From: Promethearchaeota archaeon
GTDB lineage: Archaea; Asgardarchaeota; Lokiarchaeia; Sigyniarchaeales; SOKP01
Assembly: GCA_048940645.1 (NCBI GenBank)
Contig: JBHLOI010000059.1
Span: 1-20,715 of the forward strand
Direction: 5' to 3'
DNA: 20,715 bases
Shown here: piece after piece, positions 1-6,970 of the stretch
Numbering within the stretch: position 1 is the stretch's first letter
How the letters are laid out: each line of letters begins with the position of its first letter
Program-made: the position numbers and the translations under genes
The notes under the pieces: generated by a model
Databases searched by the model: none
What the model was told of the DNA's origin: nothing
Seen by the model: only the letters and a program-made list of their open reading frames with translations

Positions 1-467
1 TCCACTGGTACAATTACTGCTTTTACATCGAAATAATCTGCTCCCTTATAAAACGCTGGATGTGCAGAGCTAGGTAAAACCATCTCTGGGTTTTTAATAT
101 GGGGAAACTTATCCCTTGCCCAATCTCTATATGTTTTTACAGCCATTACAATACTCTCAGTTCCTCCAGAAGTCATGCTTCCACAACATTTTCGATCTCC
201 TCCAAAGAGGTCAATAGCCATTGAAACTACTTCAGTTTCAAATTTTTTTAGACTTGGAAAAGCAAGCGGACTTAATGCGTTCTTAGAGAAAAACATATTA
301 TAACTTTTCTTAAGCAATTCTGTATGCTCATCCGATGCATGATAAACTAAACTCCAAACCTTTCCATTTTTCCATTCTACGTCATCTTTACTAACTAATT
401 CCATTTCCTTTAGGAGTTCATTGCCAGAGATTCCATTTTCGGGTAAAACTACCTTAGGTCTAACCAT
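1..467 (-). CDS. Group II PLP-dependent decarboxylase/lyase, sphingosine-1-phosphate lyase-like (5' part only; runs off the left edge)
   Basis: Not in the ORF track. Manual translation from the ATG at 467 stays open to the edge: MVRPKVVLPENG...DDVEWKNGKVWSLVYH...NALSPLAFPSLKKFETEVVSM...GSMTSGGTESIVMAVKTYRD...SAHPAFYKGADYFDVK. The TSGGTES and AHPAFxK motifs mark the group II family, and the WxxGKV..VY N-terminus is SPL-like. Confidence 0.85.
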   Translation of the reverse strand, partial: MVRPKVVLPENGISGNELLKEMELVSKDDVEWKNGKVWSLVYHASDEHTELLKKSYNMFFSKNALSPLAFPSLKKFETEVVSMAIDLFGGDRKCCGSMTSGGTESIVMAVKTYRDWARDKFPHIKNPEMVLPSSAHPAFYKGADYFDVKAVIVPV

Positions 468-825
468 TTTTATTCAAAAACTAATTATATTTTTTTTTAT
501 TGTTTTTAATTACTCTTTATTCATTAATAAGAGTTTAACTTCTGAATTATTATTGAGATAGTCATATTTTCAAAATCAATTAGTTATTTTTTTAAAATGA
601 ATTACGCTATTTCTACTATTTACTTTAAAATCTTAATCTTAATAGAATGGAAGGTATTTCAAATATATTTTTGTATATAATCAAACTCTCAATGCGTTTT
701 ATGAGAAAGTAAAAGCGATAATCTTTAAATCGAAATGAAAAACATTACTTTCATCAATGTAGTAGTTCATATTACTATTTGGGGTAAACTTAGGAAATTG
801 TGATCTGAATAGTCATTTAAAATCT

Positions 826-861
826 AAAGGTTTAAATGTAAGTTATGTGTATAATTTAAAC
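826..861 (+). promoter_or_regulatory. Candidate BRE/TATA promoter for the small basic-protein gene, overlapped by an 8-bp inverted repeat
   Basis: Purine run AAAGG (826-830) followed by TTTAAA (831-836), about 75 nt upstream of the ATG at 908. GTTTAAAT (830-837) and ATTTAAAC (854-861) form an inverted repeat. Confidence 0.35.
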
Positions 862-907
862 ATCTTTTTTAAAAAAATTTAAGAGAATAAGGGAAAAGGG
901 AACAAAA

Positions 908-1012
908 ATGGCAAAGAAGAAGGCTCCTAAAAAAAAACCAGCTCCTAAAAAAAAACCAGCTCCTAAGGGAAAAAGTGCTCCTAAAAAGAAGCCAGCAAGT
1001 AAGAAAAAATAG
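908..1012 (+). CDS. 34-aa Lys/Pro/Ala-rich basic peptide, histone H1 tail-like (MAKKKAPKKKPAPKKKPAPKGKSAPKKKPASKKK)
   Basis: ATG at 908 to TAG at 1012, with a purine-rich leader (AAGGGAAAAGGGAACAAAA) and a downstream T-tract. The repeat units differ largely by synonymous AAA/AAG changes, and both A9 runs keep the frame. Confidence 0.8.
   Translation: MAKKKAPKKKPAPKKKPAPKGKSAPKKKPASKKK
923..1012 (+). repeat. Five in-frame 18-bp tandem units, consensus GCTCCTAAAAAAAAACCA (APKKKP)
   Basis: Units at 923-940 and 941-958 are identical. Units at 959-976, 977-994 and 995-1012 are degenerate. Confidence 0.85.
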
Positions 1013-1034
1013 CGATTAATTCATAATTAACACA

Positions 1035-1055
1035 CTTTTTTTTATTCTATTCTTA
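1035..1055 (+). terminator. Oligo-T archaeal-type terminator candidate
   Basis: T8 run (1036-1043) followed by TTCTATTCTT, about 23 nt after the TAG at 1012. Confidence 0.45.
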
Positions 1056-1298
1056 TTAACATAAACTTATATCAAATTGGGGGTCTAATTTCTGATATTA
1101 CTTTTGCTTTAGACAAAAAAGTAAGGTAGGAAATGTAAATATCAAGATATTTTAACCCCTCTTTTTAGCTCCTAAGGAACGTTACTCGCGAACTTTAAGT
1201 TCCTAGAAGATTTACTTTTACCTAAATCGTTTGTAAAATATAAAGAATAAGTATATTAATCACAATCAATACTTAAAATAAGGAGTGGAACTATACTT

Positions 1299-2453
1299 AT
1301 GGATGAAAATAGAATAAGGGAAAACTTGGAACTATTTGCATTTCCGAGATTATCAGGATCTCCATATGAAAAAAAAGCGTTTAACCTTGCAGTGGAAAAA
1401 GTTGAGGAGATGAATTTAAATCCAGAAATTCAAACCTTTAAATTTTCGACTTTTTATTCACGTATATATCCCAAAATAGCCTTTCCTCTTGTATTTTGGG
1501 TAATTTTTACATTATATTTGAATTTAAGTCTCTTATTTGTGTTAGTCAGTTTATTTTTAACTGTTTTAATATTCATACCATTTTTTATAATAACTAGGAA
1601 ACCTGAAAATATCAAAATTGGAAGAATTTTAGAATCTCAAAATCTTTATGTGAAGTTAAGCCCTTCAAGTTCAGAGGATTTAAAATCTAGTTCAGAAGGT
1701 GAAAAAACAAACATTTTTTTCATGGCGCATCTGGATTCAAAAGGGCAAAGGATTACAGCAAGAACAAGAGGTTTAAGTATCTTTTTTTGGATAATTTCCT
1801 TATTTGCTAATCTAATCATTTTAGCTTTAAGGTTTTTTTTATCCTCATTTTATTTTCTAATTACTTTAATCGGAATTATTTCTATGGCAATTAGCTTGAT
1901 AACAACAGTAATCCTCAGCTCAAACACTACTAATAATAGATCTAAGGGTGTTATTGATGATGCCTCTGGAATAGCATGTGTTTTAGAGTTATTAAGTTAC
2001 TTTTCTATGAAGAAAAATGAAGTTAGGAATTATAGTCTTTGGTTTGTACTTACAGGAGCAGAAGAATCAGGGACAATGGGGATTCGTAGCTTTTATAAAA
2101 CTTTAAATGCTATTAATCCAATTAAATCAATCGTTAACAATTTCGAATCTTTAGGAAAAAGTGTTAACATTATAGCTACTAAAAACAATCTTAAAAATAA
2201 TTTGGGGTACTATAATTTCCTTATGAATAAAGCAAAAGAGTATAATTTTAAAACATTTATCAATCCACTCCCCGTAGGTATCCATACAGATGGAATATAT
2301 CTATTTCAAAAAAATTTTAACCTAATTGAATATGGAAGCTCTGAAGTGGGTAAATTTATGCATTCTGACCATGACTCATTAGAAAATGTAGATGTACACG
2401 TATTAAAAAAGCTTTGCAAATTTATTATAGATACATTAGAATACTTTAAATAA
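1299..2453 (+). CDS. M28-family Zn metallopeptidase with inserted transmembrane hairpins
   Basis: Motifs AHLDSK, GVIDDASGIA, GAEESG, TDG and HSDHD, plus two long hydrophobic blocks. AGGAGTGG RBS upstream. Confidence 0.85.
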   Translation: MDENRIRENLELFAFPRLSGSPYEKKAFNLAVEKVEEMNLNPEIQTFKFSTFYSRIYPKIAFPLVFWVIFTLYLNLSLLFVLVSLFLTVLIFIPFFIITRKPENIKIGRILESQNLYVKLSPSSSEDLKSSSEGEKTNIFFMAHLDSKGQRITARTRGLSIFFWIISLFANLIILALRFFLSSFYFLITLIGIISMAISLITTVILSSNTTNNRSKGVIDDASGIACVLELLSYFSMKKNEVRNYSLWFVLTGAEESGTMGIRSFYKTLNAINPIKSIVNNFESLGKSVNIIATKNNLKNNLGYYNFLMNKAKEYNFKTFINPLPVGIHTDGIYLFQKNFNLIEYGSSEVGKFMHSDHDSLENVDVHVLKKLCKFIIDTLEYFK

Positions 2454-2495
2454 AAAAAAGGGAAATAAATTATTTCAGTTAACTTTTTAAATTCT

Positions 2496-2822
2496 TTATA
2501 TTTCGGGCATTTCAAGGCCAACAAGCGGTAATGCTTCGGCACCTGACATAAAAACCTCGAAATCTACCGTATATCCCTCTATGTCGAAATATTCGAGTAT
2601 GTTTTGGTAAAAACGTTTCATATACTCTTTAAATTTGCCATCTTTAACCTCAACTATGGAAATTGCCTTCATTCCATTAGTTGTTGTTCTTACAGCTACA
2701 GGTAAAATTACTTTCTCTAAGGATCTATCTGTAGGGAATTTTTTTACAACCTCAAGGTATTTTTTTCCAACTTCTGATGATCTATTAGCTGGAAAGTGGG
2801 TAGTTGACATTACTATAACCAT
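2496..2822 (-). CDS. Small alpha/beta hypothetical protein (about 108 aa)
   Basis: The ORF track starts at GTG 2831, but that GTG is part of a GAGGTGA Shine-Dalgarno lying 5 nt before the ATG at 2822, the likelier start. Composition is protein-like with alternating strand/helix patterns. Confidence 0.75.
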   Translation of the reverse strand: MVIVMSTTHFPANRSSEVGKKYLEVVKKFPTDRSLEKVILPVAVRTTTNGMKAISIVEVKDGKFKEYMKRFYQNILEYFDIEGYTVDFEVFMSGAEALPLVGLEMPEI

Positions 2823-3002
2823 ATAGTTCACCTCTATTTTAATGTTAATTATTTTTATTTAGATTGGATTTATCAGTATTGTATGAATATTTCAAAATTA
2901 ATAAAAACTTTGCCAATTTTGTTAAACCTTTACAACATTTTTATTTATTGAAAGATTACTCATTTTACATAACTTAAAATTTTTAAAAAGTAAGGTGATT
3001 TT

Positions 3003-3809
3003 ATGCCAATAATTGGTATTGACTATAGTAAATGTACTGCATGTAGAATTTGTTTAACTGCATGTCCTAGATTTTTATATGAAGAAAAAGAAGAGAAGGC
3101 TCAAATAGAATTTACTGGACCTATCAAAAGATGTATATTATGTGGTCAATGTATTGCTCAATGTCCAGAGGATGCGATATTATATGAAGGAATGGGGGAA
3201 GCAATTTTAGTTGAAAATGTTGGAACACCTGAAAAAATTGTCTCTTATGACAAGATGTATAATTTTCTTGCAAGTCTTCGTTCAATTCGCCATTATAAAC
3301 CAGACAAAGTACCTGATAACTCATTAAAAAAAGTGATAAGGGCAATGGAATATGGTGCTACAGGGGCTAATATGAGATCTGAGAAATTTTTTATCATTTC
3401 GGATAAATTTAAGCTAAAAGAATTGTCAGATGCTATTTTAGAAGAGATTTCTAAAGATCAAATGCTAAATGATCAATTTGGTGAGCAAATTAGGAGACGT
3501 AGCCAACATTATCAATATCCTACATATTTTGACGCCCCTCACGTAATTTTTGTTTCAAGTAACCTAAATATTATGACGGGTGGTTTTAATATAGGAAATA
3601 TAATCACTTTTGGGAGATTAGCAGCTCAATCACTTGGTATGGGTACGTGTTGGAATGGTTGGACTCAACTGGCTATAGAAAGAAACAACGAAATAAAAAA
3701 AATCGTGAATATTAAGGGTATTGTCGTAGCTGCTTTCACTATTGGTTTTCCTGATTTAACTTATTATAGAATACCTCCACGGTCTCAAAAAAGAGTTAAA
3801 GGATTATAA
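3003..3809 (+). CDS. Nitroreductase family protein with N-terminal 2x[4Fe-4S] ferredoxin domain
   Basis: Two CxxCxxCxxxCP motifs, the RSIRHY FMN-binding motif, GATGAN, DAPHVIFV and AQSLGMGTCW. AAGGTGA RBS. Confidence 0.92.
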   Translation: MPIIGIDYSKCTACRICLTACPRFLYEEKEEKAQIEFTGPIKRCILCGQCIAQCPEDAILYEGMGEAILVENVGTPEKIVSYDKMYNFLASLRSIRHYKPDKVPDNSLKKVIRAMEYGATGANMRSEKFFIISDKFKLKELSDAILEEISKDQMLNDQFGEQIRRRSQHYQYPTYFDAPHVIFVSSNLNIMTGGFNIGNIITFGRLAAQSLGMGTCWNGWTQLAIERNNEIKKIVNIKGIVVAAFTIGFPDLTYYRIPPRSQKRVKGL

Positions 3810-3814
3810 TCATT

Positions 3815-4321
3815 TTATAATATAACTGGTGAAGGTACGTCATTTCTTAATAATACAGTTTCACCCAAATCTACGCTGTGTTCATTTAACCAAGATTCTG
3901 GCATTGCAATTTTCATTTGATAGTCATCTTTTCCATCAAATTCAAGCAATTCACTTAATCTTACGCCTTTCTTGTTATTTCCTGTCTGATAAAAGGTGCT
4001 CATTAACTGAATTATCTCACTTATATATTTCTTATCGACGTATTGAAAGGTCGCATTAGTGAGCGATTGAATAACTTCTTGCAATAAACAGTAATTTCTA
4101 ATAAATTCTCGAAAATAGGGTAATAATATAAATTTATCTAAAAATCTTCTCGAAGAATGAGCTTGTATTAAACTACATATCTTGATATATCTACCAGAAT
4201 TTAAGTTATATTTCGTTATAGTTTCTAAACTAGTGGCAACTATATTCTTAAAATTCTCAATACTAGCAGTTATTTTGGCTAAATACCAACCGTACTTTCG
4301 AGATATTACATCAATTTTCAA
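3815..4321 (-). CDS. Hypothetical protein
   Basis: 168-aa ORF with a TTG start that fills the gap between neighbours and stops 5 nt from the convergent nitroreductase stop. No clear family. Confidence 0.6.
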   Translation of the reverse strand: MKIDVISRKYGWYLAKITASIENFKNIVATSLETITKYNLNSGRYIKICSLIQAHSSRRFLDKFILLPYFREFIRNYCLLQEVIQSLTNATFQYVDKKYISEIIQLMSTFYQTGNNKKGVRLSELLEFDGKDDYQMKIAMPESWLNEHSVDLGETVLLRNDVPSPVIL

Positions 4322-4456
4322 TCCAACTTAATAATCCTTATGTGGCTATTTAAATCTATGCATTTTTAAGATAAAAATAAAGAATATCGAAGATTATTTT
4401 AGGGAGTAAAAGGGGAATTCATAATTTATTTATGAGCCCAAACATTTATATTAGTA

Positions 4457-5167
4457 ATGAAGACAAAAAAAAATAAAGACGATAATGAATCGTGCCAATC
4501 CTCTAATAATCCCAGCAAGTGGAATGGAAGAACAATAGAGATTGATGATGCTGGGACTGGAGATCTCGTCGGGGATGCTTTCATTGGGTTCCGAGACACG
4601 AAAAGTGGAAAGATAATATTTCAATCAGTTCCCGTAGGTCTCTATAATAAAGATAATAAGGACGTAGATCGCCCTAAAAAACACATACTAAAGCTTGTAA
4701 TCAAGACTCTTAAAATATTGAATCACGGCAAGGGTGATAGGATACTTTTATGTAGAGGTGATTGTTTTAATCTTGTTAGAGAATACTTTAATGAAAATAA
4801 CATATATTATGAATCTGCTATCATAGAAGGAGAACTTCAAGATGCTGTGGAAGGTAGATTTATTCGACACCTTAGAAAACTTGGAATAACTTCTAATAAG
4901 CTTACAAAAGAATCTGGTGCACAGAGATATTTTGTTTTATTTGATTGGGTGTGCCGAGACTTTCCAAATCGCGAATCTTTCGTCAAAACGGGATTTCCCT
5001 CTTGGAAAAGAAAATGGAGAAAGATTGCAGAGAGGAGAAATAAAAAATATATGAAAAATAATTCTTTTAAAAAGGACCAAATCAAAAAGAGGGCAAAAGA
5101 GATATTTAAACTTATGTTTGTGAAACCGATCTCTCTAAAAGAAACTTTCTCTAAAGGTTCAATATAA
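4457..5167 (+). CDS. RNase H-like fold protein (divergent RNase HII-like)
   Basis: IEIDDAGTGDLVGDAFIG parallels the RNase HII motif GxDEAGRGxxxGP. The C-terminal tail is basic. Confidence 0.6.
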   Translation: MKTKKNKDDNESCQSSNNPSKWNGRTIEIDDAGTGDLVGDAFIGFRDTKSGKIIFQSVPVGLYNKDNKDVDRPKKHILKLVIKTLKILNHGKGDRILLCRGDCFNLVREYFNENNIYYESAIIEGELQDAVEGRFIRHLRKLGITSNKLTKESGAQRYFVLFDWVCRDFPNRESFVKTGFPSWKRKWRKIAERRNKKYMKNNSFKKDQIKKRAKEIFKLMFVKPISLKETFSKGSI

Positions 5168-5208
5168 GATAATATTTTTATTTTTTTAATCTAATAAATG
5201 GTTTTTCT

Positions 5209-5706
5209 ATGGAACAAATCGTAGTATTCATAGATAATAGTAATATTTTCAAGGGTTTTAGAAAGTATAATATCAAAGCAGATTATGAAAAGCTGAAAAA
5301 AAGTATAACACAGGGACGAAAACTAAATGGTATTTTTTTATATGAAGGTGTTATCTATCCTATGAGCCCAGAGAAAAAAAAGTGGTATAAAGATTTGAGT
5401 AATAAAAGTGGATACGTGATTAAAGCGAGTTTTGATAAAATTTCTTTTAATGATGCGATTGAAAAAAAAATTGATATTAAAATTGCGATTGATATTGTCT
5501 CTCTTGCATATGAAAATGCATACGATACGGCGGTATTGGTATCTGGTGATGGAGATTTTGTACCAGTTGTTAAGAAAATAAAGAAATTAAATAAAAAAGT
5601 GGAATTATGGGCATTTCGATACTCTTTAGCTAACACCTTAAAGGGAGAAGTTGAGCAGGAAAATATCTATTATCTTGATGATATTTTAAGTAAAATAAAG
5701 ATGTAA
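5209..5706 (+). CDS. NYN domain (LabA/DUF88, PIN-like) ribonuclease
   Basis: VFIDNSNI, EKKIDIKIAIDIV and YDTAVLVSGDGDFVPVV motifs, with the acidic residues intact. Confidence 0.92.
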   Translation: MEQIVVFIDNSNIFKGFRKYNIKADYEKLKKSITQGRKLNGIFLYEGVIYPMSPEKKKWYKDLSNKSGYVIKASFDKISFNDAIEKKIDIKIAIDIVSLAYENAYDTAVLVSGDGDFVPVVKKIKKLNKKVELWAFRYSLANTLKGEVEQENIYYLDDILSKIKM

Positions 5707-5720
5707 GGTAAAGAAAAAAA

Positions 5721-6152
5721 ATGGTAAACATTCGTTTTTTGGAAGATAAGGATATTCCTAAATTAGCAAACCTATACTTGAAATTAAGACGGCATACGAT
5801 GAATGTAGGTGGGACTCAAGAAATGATGATAAATTATATTAACCAGAGACTGCCAAAGAAAGGCTACTTTATCTACGTTGCTACGGTGAATGATATCTTA
5901 GTGGGCACTATTGCTTTTGAAATAAAAACTAAGAAAAGTGCTGCAATTTCTGATGCTTATATAGAGCCTGAATATCGCAGGCAGGGAATATTAAAAGAAT
6001 TAGAGCAAAGCGTTATTGAAAATCTGAAAGCTAAGGGTGTGGAAACTCTGGATTTAGTAGTTAGAGTCAATAATGAGGTAGGTAAGGCTACCTGGTCAGC
6101 TTTAGGTTATAAAACGATTATGGAAGTAAGGACAAAATCAATAAAAGATTAG
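5721..6152 (+). CDS. GNAT family N-acetyltransferase
   Basis: Motif A YIEPEYRRQGI and motif B NNEVGKATWSALGY. Starts 14 nt after the NYN stop. Confidence 0.9.
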   Translation: MVNIRFLEDKDIPKLANLYLKLRRHTMNVGGTQEMMINYINQRLPKKGYFIYVATVNDILVGTIAFEIKTKKSAAISDAYIEPEYRRQGILKELEQSVIENLKAKGVETLDLVVRVNNEVGKATWSALGYKTIMEVRTKSIKD

Positions 6153-6335
6153 ACTTCAATAGGAAATTTTTTTATACTCTTTAATTGGGTAAAATATTTT
6201 CATATTATATTAAATAATGAAAAAAATAATTTTAGCCAACTTATAAATAATTGGACAGGTAAAAACGTTTATAAAGGCAGATTGCATCTATATATTCAAT
6301 GAAAGAGGAATTTATTTTTAAGAGGAAGTAGTATT

Positions 6336-6761
6336 ATGAAAATAGTTACAGCTAATGTACCAGATTCATATATAAAGTTAATAGAGGAAATAAGTTCTCG
6401 CACGTGTGCAAGTAGATCAGAACTTCTCCGATTAGCAATTAAACAATTTTTATTAAAAGAAATGGGACTAGCTCAAAAGTTAGAGAAAGAGCTTGGAAAA
6501 TTAAAAATATTCAACTTTTTTGATTATTGTATTAACTGTGAAAAAAAACTTGACAGTTTAACAGGAAATAACCATAAATTTCATAAAAATTATGAAGTTT
6601 TTGAATTGAAATTCTGTTGTTCGTGTTATAAAAAGTTTAAGGATAAATCATTTGACGAGTTTCCCGCTTATTTAATTAAAAGAATTAAAAAAAAGATAAC
6701 AGAATATAATGAGTTTACTAAGAAACCTAATCACTCTAATACTCCAAAAACTCTACTATGA
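6336..6761 (+). CDS. Ribbon-helix-helix (CopG/NikR-like) regulator with C-terminal Cys-rich putative Zn domain
   Basis: MKIVTANVPDSYIKLIEE...SRSELLRLAIKQFL is an RHH signature. CINC and CCSC motifs follow. Confidence 0.8.
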   Translation: MKIVTANVPDSYIKLIEEISSRTCASRSELLRLAIKQFLLKEMGLAQKLEKELGKLKIFNFFDYCINCEKKLDSLTGNNHKFHKNYEVFELKFCCSCYKKFKDKSFDEFPAYLIKRIKKKITEYNEFTKKPNHSNTPKTLL

Positions 6762-6970
6762 TAAATCTATCTTATGGATTTCTAATTCACTTACTTATAT
6801 GTTAAAGTAGATATTTAAATCTTTGTCCTAAAGAAGGATTGAAATCTTCACTAATGAGGTTTCTAACGGGTATAAAGGATTATGATTTTTTTTAGAAAAT
6901 AGTAAAGATTTATTGCATACAGAATCTTTCTTAATATACAAATAAATTATGAATATGAGCTCTTAAAGCT

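Noticed and set aside
735-803. 22-aa ORF MKNITFINVVVHITIWGKLRKL on the + strand
   Set aside because: No RBS or other coding signal, and the length is within chance expectation.
923-1012. Tandem repeats as a CRISPR array or non-coding microsatellite
   Set aside because: There are no spacers. The units are in-frame 18-mers with synonymous variation, which a coding repeat explains.
2306-5636. Short track ORFs 2306-2542, 2635-2826, 3124-3345, 3829-4059, 4837-5085 and 5355-5636
   Set aside because: They lie antisense to longer, better-supported genes and have no motifs.
5721-6761. GNAT + RHH as an AtaRT/TacAT-type toxin-antitoxin pair
   Set aside because: The order is reversed, the gap is 183 nt with a T-tract and likely separate promoter, and the GNAT looks like a generic RimI-type enzyme.
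6759-6764. Selenocysteine readthrough at TGA stops (this one and 15747-15749)
   Set aside because: Here TGA is followed immediately by TAA. At 15747 the extension is short with no recognisable redox motif. I identified no SECIS.
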